From: Malacoraja senta
Lineage: Eukaryota
Assembly: GCA_038087875.1 (NCBI GenBank)
Contig: CM075987.1
Coordinates: 26,476,001 to 26,540,000 of the forward strand
DNA length: 64,000 bases
Reading direction: 5' to 3'
This document shows positions 11,541 through 24,640 of this stretch, piece by piece; positions within the stretch are counted from its first letter, which is position 1; each line of letters starts with the position of its first letter. Position numbers and translations under genes: made by a program. The notes below the pieces were generated by a model, which was given only the letters and a program-made list of their open reading frames with translations, was not told where the DNA came from and made no database searches.

Positions 11541-14489
11541 GCCTTTTTGAGGCATCTTCATAGAATGCGTGGATCCCAAAATCTATACATTCATCATGAA
11601 TGCAGAGATTTTAGTCCCACGCATTCTATGACGATAAACCTGAACCATATTAGATTTAGCGGGACAGGCGGCATCTCTGGAGAGAAGGAATGGGTGGCGT
11701 TTCAGGTCGAGACCCTTCCTCAGACTGTAGGTTAATTGGTTTGGTATCAACTAAACAATGGGTTTGTTGGACTTGACATCAGCGTTCCTGGATGGGAGAG
11801 GGACGGATTTGGGGGGGGGGTGAGGCACTAACACTCAGCTACTCAGGCAGAACTTGTGCGGAGAAAAGGGACATCTCAAGAAGGTTCTTGACCCAAATCA
11901 CCACCCGTTCTTTCTCTCCAGAGATGCTGCCCGTCCCGCTGACTTACTCCAGCATTTTTTGTGTCTATCTTCGGTTTAAACCAGCATCTGCAGTTCCTTC
12001 CTACACATAATTAACAACTTTTCTTGGCATAAAAATCATTTTTCTTTCCAAAAACCTTAACTGACTATTCCAAATGATTAGATGAAATTATATTTTTTCT
12101 CAGAATCTTCGTCTTTGTGTGACCTTAGCTTTCATTTTCCTTATCAAGGCTGCTTTAATTTTATTTTGTTTAATTTATCGGGCGGCACGGTGGCGCAGCG
12201 GTTGAGTTGCTGCCTTAGAATGCAAAAGACCCGGGTTCAATCCCGACCACACAGAATCCATTGCCTCCATTTCCCACTGACTCTCAGCATCACATCTCTG
12301 CTTTTGTATTCCAGTCCTCTTGATATAAATGCTAGCATTGAGTTTCCCTTCCCTGCTACCAATTCGACTTGCAAATTAACTTGTTTAAGAAGGAACTGCA
12401 GATGCTGGAAAATCGAAGGTAGACAAAAGTGCTGGACAAACTCAGCGGGTGCAGCAGCATCTATGGAGAGAAGGAAATAGGCAACGTTTCGGGACGAAAC
12501 CCTTCCGGGTTTCGGCCCGAAACGTTACCAATTTCCTTCCTGAAAGGTAGCGACACAGATGCTGCTGCACCCGCTGAGTTTCTCCAGCACTTTTGTCTAC
12601 CTTGCAAATTAAATTTTTGGGAGTCCTGCACCAGCATTCCCAAGTCCCTTTTGCACCTCCGATTTCTGGATTCCCTCCCCATTTCTAATCATAAAATAAT
12701 CGACACCTTTATTCTTATTACCAAATTCGATTGTCTCCATTCCCATTGTCTTCCGAAGGGCCTGTTTCCATGCAGTATGACCCAATGACTAAGTCTTCCA
12801 ATATTAAGATGTTTTAATCCCTGTAATAAAATGATGGTTTTAACTTTTTAGTTTAGGGGGGAAATAATCAAATGGGCTGAATTCATGTTTGCATCTTGTT
12901 GCTAAACCCTGGCTTGGTTAGACTTAGAGTCACAGAGTCCTAGAGTGTGGCAATAGGTCCTTCGGCCCAACTTGCCCACACCGACCAACATGTCCCAGCT
13001 ACACTAGTCCCACCTGCCCGCGCTTGGTCCATATCCCTCCAAACCTGTCCTATCCATGTACCTGTTTACTGTTACTTAAATGTTGGGATAGTCCCACCCT
13101 CAACTACCTCCTCCAGCAGCTCGTTCCATACACCCACCACTCTTTGTGTGGAAAGGTTACCCCTCAGGTTCGTATTAAATCTCCCCCCCCCCCCTTCACC
13201 TTAAACATATGTCCTCTGGTTCTCGATTCCCCAACTCTGGGCAAGAGGCTCTGTGCGTCTACCCAATCTATTCCTCCCATGATTTTGTACATGGCTATAA
13301 GATCACCCCTCATCCTCCTGCACTCCAGGGAATAGAGTCCCAGCCTTGGGATAGTCCCTGCCTCTACCTCTACTGGTAATCTACTGCAATCTAAAACACT
13401 CTTCGCGTCACTATGATCCAGGGTCTGAAGAAGGGTCTCAACCCCAAGCGTCACCCATTCCTTCTCTCCGGAGATGCAGCCGGTCCCGCTGAGTTACTCC
13501 AGCTTTTTGTGTCTATCTTCGGTTTAAACCAGCACCTGCTGTTCCTTCCTACACAATTCATAGGTTAAAGGTTGGGCCTATTAACCCTGGAATTGTGAGG
13601 CCTTTGGCCTTTTAAGCCTGGTTGATTAAATATGACCCCAACAGCCTGCCCTTGCAAATGGATTGCTGGAAACACTAGCACCTCAAGGTCTCAAATAAAT
13701 CAGCTAATATTTGTTCAGTCGAGTCTCTTACAGTGGAACAAACACAAGAGATTAGCTCAGGTTCACCACACCTGCATTGCAGTTACATCCTGCAAATGGC
13801 TTCACTAAACCTTCAGGTTATCCGAACACATTTGACAAATAATAAAACACTTCTTCCTTGTTAGCGTGTTTCAGACTGGCAAGCACAAACAGCAGATTAC
13901 ACTCATGCACTGAAAGAACTTGTCCTGGATTACAGAAGTCACTGCTTTAAGCCACAATGTAGGTATACACTTGTGTGCACGGCGTTTGTACGTTCTCCCC
14001 ATGACCTGCGTGGCTTTTCTCAGAGATCTTCGCTTTCCTCCCACACTACAAAGATGTACAGGTTCGCAGGCTAATTGGCTTGGTGTGAATTGACTGGGAA
14101 GTGTACATTGTCCCTAGTGTGTGTAGGATAGTGTTGGTGTGCGGCGATCGCTGGTCGGTGCGGATTCGGTGGGCCGAAGGGCATGTTCCCGCGCTGTATC
14201 TCTAAACTAAACTAAACCTGCATGGGGTTTTCTTTGGGATGACCCAGTTTCCTCCCACACTGTAGGTCAGGAAGTCCAGAAGCCATTTGTTGATGGAGGT
14301 CCCAAAGCCAAGGCCTAGAAGCTTTGAGTTGAACTGAAATGGTGTTACAGCATGAATGTTGAGCTGTGGTCCAGGAACAGTCTCCTGGCACGTGCGTTCG
14401 TGTTGTCAAGGAGATCCAAGGGTGCAGTGGATGGAAGGTTTGGAAAGATCTGGTTCAATCATTCATTGCCAGATGTGTCCTGTCAATAG

Positions 14490-14785
14490 AGGGACGGCAT
14501 GGTGGCGCAGCGGTAGAGTTGCTGCCTCACAGCGCCAGCGACCCGGGTTCCATCCTGACAACGGCTGCTGTCTGTACGGAGATTGTACGATCTCCCCGTG
14601 ACCTGCGTGGGTTTTCTCCTGCCGCTTCTCGGTTTCCTCCCACACTCCACAAAGACGTGCAGGTTTGCAGATTAATTGGCTTGGTGTGAATGTAAATTGT
14701 CCCTGCTGTGTGTAGGATAGTGTTGGTGTGTGGTGCTGACTGGCCGGGCTAAAGGGCCTATTTCCACACTGTATCTCCAACCTAA
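14490..14785 (+). mobile_element. HE1-like SINE
   Basis: GGTGGCGCAGCGGTAGAG A-box region, B-box and CR1-type tail. Confidence 0.85.
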
Positions 14786-15371
14786 AAATCTGCCGCTACA
14801 CTAATATAGAATATTAATGGCCATTGCTATCATCTGGCAAGTCTGCTCATTATCCCTGGCAGCTGACAGAATGCTTCCATGACAGCTGCTACCATCTCCA
14901 CACGCAGTCTTCTTCCACTCTCATCTCATCATACTCACAAAATTACCTGCAACGGGCTTATTTCCCAATCCTGCATGTTATTTAGTTTAGTTTTAGAGAC
15001 ACGGCGCGGAAACAGGCCCTTCGGCCCACCAAGTCCGCGCCGACCAGCGATCCCCGCACATTAACACTATCCTATAAGCGCTGGGGACAGTTTACACCTA
15101 CACCAAGCCAATTAACCTACAAACCTGCCCGACTTTGGAGAAACCGAAGATATCGGAGAAAACCCACGGGGAGAAGGTACAAACTCCGTACAGACAGCAC
15201 CCGTAGTGGGGATCGAACCCGGGTCTCCGGCGCTGCGAGGACTGTAAGGCAGCAACTCTATCGCTGCGCCACCGTGCCGCCCACGTTGGCGATGTATCTC
15301 CGGAGTATCTCTAGTTTCTTGGCATGCAGAATCACCCCCTTTTCCACATTCTCCACCAGGGACTGGCAAGG

Positions 15372-16570
15372 GAGCAGAGAAGATTTACAAGGACGTTGCC
15401 AGGACTCGAGGGTTTGAGCTATAGGGATAGGTTGAGCAGGCTGGGACTCTATTCCACGCAGCGCAAGGAATAGAGTGTAGAGTTATAGAGGTGTACAAAA
15501 TCATGAGAGGAATGGATCGGGTAGACGCACAAAGCCTCTTGCCCAGAGTTGGGGAATCGAGAACCAGAGGACATAGTTTTAAGATGAGGGGTGAAAGATT
15601 TAAGAGAAACCTAAGCGTTGACTTTTTTACACAAAGGGTGGTGGGTGTATGGAACGCGCTGCTGGAGGAGGTAATTGAGGCAGGGACTATCGTAACATTT
15701 AAGAAACATTAGGGCAGGTACATGGATAGGACAGGGTTGAGAGGGATGTGGGCCAACGCAAGCAGGTGGGGACAAGGGGGTACGTCGGCCACTGTGGGCA
15801 AGTTGGGCCGAAGGGCCTGTTTCCACGCTGTATCACTCTCTATGACTCTACTACCAGGGCGGCCCAATGGCGCAGCGGTAGAGTTGCTGTCTTATGGTAC
15901 CAGAGACCCAGGTTCGATCCCGAATACGGGTGCTGTCTGTACGGAGTTTGTACGTTCTCTCCGTGACCTGTGTGGGTTTTCTCCGGGTGCTCCGGTTTGC
16001 TCCCACACTCCAAAGAAACATAGAAACATAGAAAATAGGTGCAGGAGTAGGCCATTCGGCCCTTCGAGCCTGCACCGCCATTCAATATGATCATGGCTGA
16101 TCATCCAACTCAGTATCCTGTACCTGCCTTCTCTCCATACCCCATGATCCCTTTAGCCACAAGGGCCACATCTAACACCCTCTTAAATATAGCCAATGAA
16201 CTGGCCTCAACTACCTTCTGTGGCAGAGAATTCCACAGATTCACCACTCTCTGTGTGAAAAATGTTTTTCTCATATTTCCCCCTTATCCTTAAACTGTGA
16301 CCCTTTGTTCTGGACTTCCCCAACATCGGGAACAATCTTCCTGCATCTAGCCTGTCCAAACCCTGAAGAATTTTGTAAGTTTCTATAAGATCCCCCCTCA
16401 ATCTTCTAAATTCTAGAGGTGCAGGTTTATAGGTTAATTGGCTTGGTGTAATTGTAAATTGTCCCTAGTGTATGTCGCATAGCGTTAGTGTGCGGGGATC
16501 GCTGGTCGGCGCGGATTCGGTGGGCCGAAGGGCCTGTTTCAGCACTGTATCTGCAAACTAAACTAAACCA
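15372..16570. mobile_element. Cluster: CR1 3' end (+, 15372-15849), then HE1-like SINE (+, 15857-16570) interrupted by a young CR1 tail (-, 16015-16417)
   Basis: CR1 RT C-terminal ORFs on both strands; the SINE resumes after 16417. Confidence 0.8.
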
Positions 16571-19500
16571 AAAAAATGAAAATACATCTAAATTTTGCTT
16601 TTAAGCTCCATGATCAGGGTATTGAAGAGCTCACTTCAAATGGAGTTCATTAATGATTGACTCCAACTGCCTGCCCCAAAAAGCTGCAGTCACTCAGCGG
16701 GACGGGTAGCATGTCTGGAGAGAAGGGATGGGTGACTTTTCAGGTCGAGAGCCTTCTTCAAAAGAAGTCATTTTGTGTCTATTCTTCGGTTTAAACCAGC
16801 ATCTGCAGTTCCTTCCTACACACGGCATCTGTCTGAAATGGTCTATGGCCTTGGCATCATTGTCGACCTCCATAGATGTGCCAAGCATTTACACTTTGTA
16901 AATACTGCCATTTTTGGTACAACAAATAAACTGCTCATTTGCCCATGAGGTTTTCATCCACGTCCTATTTACTTTAGACTTGGAAGTTCCATCGTAGTCC
17001 TGGCCAATCTTCCTTCTTCTACCCTCCGTAAAACTGGCACAATTCAGTCTCTGCTGACCGCTTCAAACCAATTATCGCTGTTGAAAGATCAGGTTAATTT
17101 GACTGTGCTCCGCTTTCCTCCCAAAGACGTGCAGGTTTGTAGGTAAATTGGCTTTGGTTAAAAATTGCATATTGTCCCCAGTGTGTGTGTGTGTGTAGGA
17201 CAGTGCTGGTGCACGGGATGATCGCGGGTCGGCGCCGACTCGGTGGGCCGAAGGGCCTGTCTCCTCGCTGTACCTCTCAAGTCTGAAGTAGAGGTGGATT
17301 ATCGCAGCGATTCCGAGTCGCTTTCCAGTGGCTCGTTTAAAGACGCATTTGGGCTGATGGCCCGACGATAGCTAAAATGCCGCAAGTTATTGCATTGTTG
17401 AGGGCCGACGAGAAAATCATTTTCACATCAAGGGAAAAAGAATGATTCTACCCAATTTTCATTAGCGATGCTATGTAGTCCACGGAGTCACGAGGGAAGC
17501 AATTTGTAACCCACTCACTGCAAAGGCGCACATGAGGTCAGGTTACTAATGGCATGTAAAACCATGTCTCTTGGGTCATTATGTTTTTCAGCTTCTGTTT
17601 TTCTTCGGGGGAACGGTAGATCCTGCTGATTTGATCACATTTTATTCGCAATACATTATTTTCAGTCATGATTCATGCCGGTTTGTCATTACTTCACTGC
17701 AGCTCAAGAGGACAAGTTGTCTGAAAGATTTATAAAAGCATGCAAAACGTACCCTTGCTCCAGTTAAGGAACTGCTAGTCAGGAATGATCCTCGACGAAG
17801 GCCACAAATTACCTGTCATTTCTCTCACTGGCCGCTCGTGGTTAGTTTAGTGTAGAGACACTGCGCGGAAACGGGCCCTTCAGCCCACCGAGTCCGTGCC
17901 GACCAGCGATCCCCGCACATTAACATGTCCAGAACCAGGGGCCACAGTTTAAGAATAAGGGGTAAGCCATTTAGAACAGGGACGAGGAAACACTTTTTCT
18001 CACAGAGAGTGGTGAGTCTGTGGAATTCTCTGCCTCAGAGGGCGGTGGAGGAGGGTTCTCTGGATGCTTTCAAGAGAGAGATAGATAGGGCTCTTAAAAA
18101 TAGCGGAGTCAGGGGATATGGGGAGAAGGCAGGAACGGGGTACTGATTGGGGATGATCAGCCATGATCACATTGAATGGCTCGAATGGCCGAATGGCCGA
18201 TTCCTGCACCTATTGTCTATTGTCTAACATTACACTACACACACCAGGGATAATGTATAATGATACCAAGCCAATTAACCAACAAACCTGCACGTCTTTT
18301 GGAGCGTGGGAGGAGACCGGAGGTGCTGGAGAAAACCCACACGGTCCACGGTGAGGATGTACAAACTCCGTACAGACACCAGGATCGAACCCGGGTCTCT
18401 GTGCATCGTGAAACATCAACTCTACCGCTACTGGGGCTTTACTGAGCATGAAATAAAAGCAGAGAAGCTGAGATTATTCATAAAATATCTCAGCATAAGA
18501 ATGGATCACCGTTCACCGTTCACACCGTACATCATAATTTCATCAGTACTGGGGAGATATGTACGAAGGAACTGCAGATGCTGGTGTACCCCGAGGACAG
18601 ACACAAGGTACAGTGAAAAGCTTTTGTTGCGGGTTAACCAGTCAACGGAACGACAATACATGATCGCAATCGGGTCATCCACAGTGAACAGATACAGGGT
18701 AAAGGGAATAGTGAAAGGCCTGGATAGAGTGGATGTGGAGAGGATGTTTCCACTACTGGGAGAGTCTAGGACCAGAGGCCACAGCCTCAGAATTAAATGA
18801 CGTTTCTTTAGGAAGGAGATGAGGAGGGATGTCTTTAGTCACAGGGTGGTGAATCTGTGGAATTCATTGCCACAGAAGGCTGTGGAGGCCAAGTCAGTGG
18901 GTATTTTTAAGGCAGAGATTGATAGATTCTTGATTAGTACGGGTGTCAGGGGTTATGGGGAGAAAGCGAGAGAATGGGTTGAGGAGGAAGAGATTTCCCA
19001 GCCATGGTTGAATGGCGGAGTAGACTTGATGGGCCGAATGGACTAATTCTGCTCCTAACACTTATGAAGTTAGGAATAGGCAATGTACCACAGGATGAAT
19101 AAAGAAAGATTGCTGCAGCATTAAAAGCTTTTAGGCAGATCATCTAAGAAATGCCTGTACACATTTGGCCATGCCTTTGTATGGAAATTAAACACAGCAT
19201 TCAATCATCAACTCCCAAGGAGCTGTACAGAGCAAAGCAAACAGTTATCAGGCCAAATTTATTTTGTGAGCTGAACTGATTAAGTAAACTGCATCACAAT
19301 GCCAAACAGACACTGCTTTGGGAGGTCATGAAACATTCGCTGTGGAATGACAGAGCTCTTTAACTAAATTGAAACGCTTCCTATGTGCAACTTCCAGCTG
19401 GGGGTGGGGATTGTGTGAAGGCATCCCTGACACTTATCACAATCTGTTTTAATTTGGTGTCGCTGCAGTTGCTTCCCTTCTGTCTACAGTAGACTTTGCA

Positions 19501-19633
19501 ATAATGACAGCCAAGGTTCGTTGGAAGCATCGACCAAGCCCTAAAACTGTAACGTCCAGGTTCACCAACAGCTTCTTCCCCACAGCCACCAGGCTATTAA
19601 ACTCCACAACCTCAAATACGCTCCAATCTACAT

Positions 19634-19724
19634 TGTGTGTATGTGTGTGTGTGTGTGTGTGTGTATGGGTGTGTGTGTATGGGGGTGTGTGTGTGTATGG
19701 GTGTATGTGGGTGTGTGTGTATGG

Positions 19725-19766
<42 letters not shown>

Positions 19767-19818
19767 ATGTGTGTGTGTATGGGTGTGTGTGTGTGTGTGT
19801 ATGGGTGTGTGTGTGTGC

Positions 19819-19853
<35 letters not shown>

Positions 19854-20104
19854 GGTGTGTGTGTATGGGTGTGTGTGTATGGATGTGTGTGTGTATGGGT
19901 GTGTGTGCGCATGGGTGTGTGTGTGTGTATGGGTGTGTGTGTGGGTGTGTGTGTGTATGGATGTGTGTGGGTATGGGTGTGTGTGTGTGTGTGTGTGTAT
20001 GGGTGTGTGTGTGCGCGTGTGTGTGTGTATATGGGTGTGTGTGTGTGTATGGGTGTGTGTGTGTGTGTATGGGTGTGTGTGTGTGTGTATGGGTGTGTGT
20101 GTAT

Positions 20105-20151
<47 letters not shown>

Positions 20152-20250
20152 GGTGTGCGTGTGTATGGGTGTGTGTGTGGGTGTGCGCGCGCATGCGGGT
20201 GTGTGTTTGTGTAGATATGTATGTGGGTTTGTGTGTGTGTGTGTATGTAT
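19634..20250. repeat. (GT)n microsatellite punctuated by ATGG units
   Basis: Seen directly; it produces the poly-VC and poly-HT pseudo-ORFs. Confidence 0.95.
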
Positions 20251-20366
20251 GAATTTGTGTTTATATGTAAAGGAAGGAACTGCAGATGCTGGTTTAAACC
20301 GAAGATAGACACAAAATGCTGGAGTAACTCAGCGGGACAGGAATCATCTCTGGAGAGAAGGAATGG

Positions 20367-20398
20367 GTGACGTTTCGGGTCGAGACCCTTCGTCAGAC
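20367..20398 (-). ncRNA. Minimal type I hammerhead-ribozyme-like motif in a Penelope-derived repeat (representative copy)
   Basis: Minus strand GT-CTGACGA-A-GGGTC TC GACCC-GAAA-CG-TC-AC: CUGANGA box, stem II, GAAA, and a palindromic ACGU stem III with a GUC triplet. Stem I is only about 2 bp. Confidence 0.55.
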
Positions 20399-21127
20399 TG
20401 AGAGTCAGATTAGAAGGAACTAGTATAAAGAGATACAAAGAATGAAAGGTAAGCACAAGAACCTCTCCCTGATCATCGTTGTTGGCTTTGATTTGACCTT
20501 TTGCTGAGCTTTCATTCAGGTACGGTAACCTTGAAATTCATTTAAGCCACTTACTACAGGAATAGATGACGTTTCAGGTCGGGAGCTTTCTTCAGACTTC
20601 AGTGTACATAAACACACACTCAACTATTTGTTTCTGCGTTTATTATATTATGTTTACATATTGTGTTGTGCTGATGCAAGTAAGAATGTCATTGTTCTAA
20701 CTGGGACATTTGACCATAACCCACTTGACTTTTGAGTGACGTGATAATCAAATTCTGATTGTACATTTGAAACCAATGCAGACAGCAGAGGGTGAAGGAA
20801 GGACGCATGGTTCTGACATTAATCTTGCACTAAACATTATTCCCATTATCGTGTGTCTGTACACTGTGGACGGCTCGATTGAAATCATGTAATCTGCTGA
20901 CTGGTTAGCACGCAACACGCAACAAAAGCTTTTCACTGTACACGTGTAAATAAACTAAACTCTTGATTAGTGCGGGTGTCAGGGATTATGGGGAGAAGGC
21001 AGGAGAATGGGGTTAGGAGGGAGAGATAGATCAGCCAAGATTGAATGGCGGAGTAGACTTGATGGGCCGAATTACCTAATTCAGCTCCTATTCCTTATGA
21101 ACTTAAACACAAACTTAGATTGTTTTG

Positions 21128-21552
21128 ATATACTCGCTAGAATTTAGGAGATTGAGAGGGAATCTTATAGAAACGTACAAAATTCTTATGGGGTTGGACA
21201 GGCTAGATGCAGGAAGATTGTTCCCGATGTTGGGGAAGTCCAGGACAAGGGGTCACAGCTTAAGGATAAGGGGGAAATCCTTTAAGACCGAGATGAGAAC
21301 AAACTTTTTCACACAGAGAGTGGTGAATCTCTGGAACTCTCTGCCACAGAGGGTAGTTGAGGCCAGTTCATTGGCTATATTTAAGAGGGAGTTAGATGTG
21401 GCCCTTGTGGCTAAAGGGATCAGGGGGTATGGAGAGAAGGCAGGTACGGGATACTGAGTTGGATGATCAGCCATGATCATATTGAATGGCGGTGCAGGCT
21501 CGAAGGGCCGAATGGCCTACTCCTGCACCTATTTTCAATGTATCTATGTATA
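21128..21552 (+). mobile_element. Young CR1 3' fragment, near-identical to 5866-6515 and 31635-32171
   Basis: The three translated ORFs are almost identical. Confidence 0.9.
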
Positions 21553-21632
21553 TGTTCAGACATTTGACATCGCATGGATCAAGGATTGATCTGCAGTTAC
21601 CACAGTGGCGTAGGAAGACCATATGTATCCTT

Positions 21633-22116
21633 TTACGAGAATGATCCCAGGAATGAGTGGGTTAACATATGATGAGTGTTTTTTTGTCGGCACTGGGCCT
21701 GCACTCGCTGGAGTTGAGAAGAATGAGGGGGGACCTCATTGAAACGTACAGAATAGTGAAATGCCTGGATAGAGTGGATGTGGAGAGGATGTTTCCACTG
21801 GTGGGAGAGTCTAAGACCAGAGGTCACGGCCTCAGAATTAAAGGACCTTCATATAGGAAGGAGATGAGGAGGAATTTATTTCGTCAGGGGGTGGTGAATC
21901 TGTGGAATTCTTTGCCACAGACGGTGTGGAGGCCAAGTCAGTGGACATTTTTAAGGCAGAAATTGATAGATTCTTGATTAGTACGGGTGTCAAGGGTTAT
22001 GGGGAGAAGGCAGGAGAATGAGGTTGGGAGGGAGAGATAGATCAGCCATGATTGAATTGCAGAGTAGACGATGGGCCGAATGACCTCATTCTGCTACTAT
22101 CACTTCTGAACTTATG
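21633..22116 (+). mobile_element. CR1 3' fragment (second subfamily)
   Basis: SLELRRMRGDLIETYRIVK...RVDVERMFPLVGES. Confidence 0.85.
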
Positions 22117-24361
22117 AAAAAGGAGGCCAGTCTTCAGACTAATCTTAGAGCAGGAAAATGCAACAAATTATCACAAGAATTGGGATTGCAGGTGAGAAAA
22201 TTAATGTTTTCACTAAAAGGTCATAATAAAATCCTCCCAATCAATTATTAAAGCAGCACTGTTCCTTAAAAATATGTTTTAGATTCTTTGCTTTTAACAC
22301 CCACATTCTTGTCTTTTCGGCACAGGCTTAAGGTGGCACAGTGGCACAGCGGTGTGGAACACCACAGCACCAGAAACCCGGGTTCCATCCCGATTTACGG
22401 TACTCTCTGTATGGCGTTTGTACATTCTTTCTGTGAACTGCGTGGGTTTTCTCCAGGTGCATTGGCTTCCCCCCCCACATTCCAAAGGCGTACAGGTTTC
22501 TATGTTGATTGGCTTCGGTAAATTGTGCCAAATGTGCAGGACAGAACTAGCGCACGGGGTGATCGGTTGGTCGGCACGGACCCGGTGGGCCGAAGGGCCA
22601 GTTTCCACACTGTATCTCTAAACTAAACTAACCTCAAAGAGAAAGGATTTCTGTTGAGGTACCTTCTTTCACCAGATAAACTGCACAGCCAAGGGCATAC
22701 ATTATGACACACAGAAGAAGGGTCTCGATCCGAAACGTCACCCATTCCTTCTCTCCAGAGATGCTGCCTGTCCCGTTGAGTTACTCCAGCGTTTTGTGTC
22801 TATCTTCGGAGTAAACCAGCATCTGCAGTTCCTTCCTACACGTAACGTTTGGCAGATCCAGTTGCCAAAGAACTGGCATGCGGGGGAATTCCGGATGGGG
22901 AGGGGGGGGTTCAAGTGTACTCCCATGATTTTCTCTGGACTAAAGGAGATGCCGGCAGGGGAGAAGGCAGGAACGGGGTACTGATTGTGGATGATTAGCC
23001 ATGATCACATTGAGTGACGGTGCTGGCTCGAAGGGCCGAATGGCCTACTCCTGCACCTATTGTCTATCAACATTATCCTACACACACTAGGGACAATTTT
23101 AACATTTATACCAAGCCAATTAACCTAAAAATCTGTACGTCCTTGGAGTGTGGGAGGAAACCGAAAACCCACGCAGGTCACGGGGAGAACGTACAAACTC
23201 CACACAGACAGCACCAGTAGTCAGGATGGAACCTGCGTCTCTGGCGCTGTGAGGCAGCAACTCTACAGCTGCTCCACCGTGCCGCCTACTGGGGAACTGG
23301 CATGGGAGGGAGGGGGGAATTACGGGAGAAGTTTATTAACCAGAAGTATGAGAATGATAAAGGAACATTTTGAATGAAGATCCACCCTTCTCGCTGGAAC
23401 TGATGCTGAGCATAGATAGTCGCTTATTTACAAGTCTATTCGATGCAATTATAAGTGACTGATTGATGTAAATGTGTCCCGTGTCGATGAAGAGATGTCT
23501 ATAATGGGAAAGGTCTCACTGATCACTGATCCAAGGGGATATCTCAGCTGGGTGAACAGGTGCAATGCTATAATATCCTAGCGAGCATGCCCAGTGACTG
23601 AACAAAATGTCCATCGAAACCTGGCTGGATCACTGCACGCCAGGTGTGACGAGATGATGCATTCAGATTATTATTTTAAAAATTACAGATTTATTAGTGC
23701 GTCAAGGAACGGCGTTCAGCCCATCAACTCCACCGCTCCTCTCCTCTCAAGTTCACAAGTTACAGGAGTAGAATTAGGCCACTCAGCCCATCGAGTCTAG
23801 TCCGCCATTCAGTCATGGCTGATCACTGCCTCCTAATCCCATTTTCCTGCCTTCTCCCCACAACCCTTGACACCTGTTCTAATCAAGAATTTGTCCATCT
23901 CTGCCTTAAAAACATCCTCTGACTTGGCCTCCACAGTCCTCTATGGCAATGAGTTCCATAGACTCACCACCCTCTGACTGAAGAAATTCCTCCTCATCTC
24001 CTTTCTAAAGGTATCTCTAAAAAATCTAGAAACATTGCTACCCTCCTCACCTCCTTTCTAGAGGAGCGCCCTATAATTCTGAGGCTTTGACCTCTGGTCC
24101 TAGACTCTCCCACCAGTGGAAACATCCTCTCCACATCTGCTCTGTCTATGCCTTTAATTTGACTGTAAGTTTCAATGAGGTCCCCGCTCAACCTTCTAAA
24201 CCCCATCATGCAAACAGTATAGGAGTGTGAAAACGCCCACCTCCAGATTGTAAGCGTCCTTTAGGTGGCCACTATTTGCATACCTTGGTACGCAAGCAAA
24301 GAATTTCACTGTGACTTGTCACATGTGACAATAAAGTATTCATTCATTCATTCATTCATTC

Positions 24362-24640
24362 AGCGATAGTTTCTTCTCAGCTGTTATCAGGCAACTGAAC
24401 CATCCTACCACAACTAGAGAGCAGTGCTGAACTACTGTCTACCTCATTGGTGACCCTCGGACTATCTTTGATCAGACTTTGCTGGCTTTACCTTGCACTT
24501 AACATTATTCCCTTATGATATATCTGTACACTGTGGATGGCTCGATTGTAATCATGTATTGTCTTTCCGCTGACTGGTTAGCAAGCAACAAAGGCTTTGC
24601 ACTGCACCTCGGTACACGTGACAATAAACTAAACTGAACT
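24362..24640 (+). mobile_element. Rex1/Babar-type 3' end and UTR repeat; other copies at about 25825-26420, 33335-33585, 53170-53430 and 41695-42900 (-)
   Basis: Encodes an SFFxAVIRQLN-like end, followed by a shared UTR ending GGTACACGTGACAATAAACTAAAC. Confidence 0.65.

Noticed and set aside
19449..20456. Long His/Thr-rich and Val/Cys-rich ORFs (also at 50012-50749 and 60010-61284)
   Set aside because: They are translations of (GT)n/(CA)n microsatellites.
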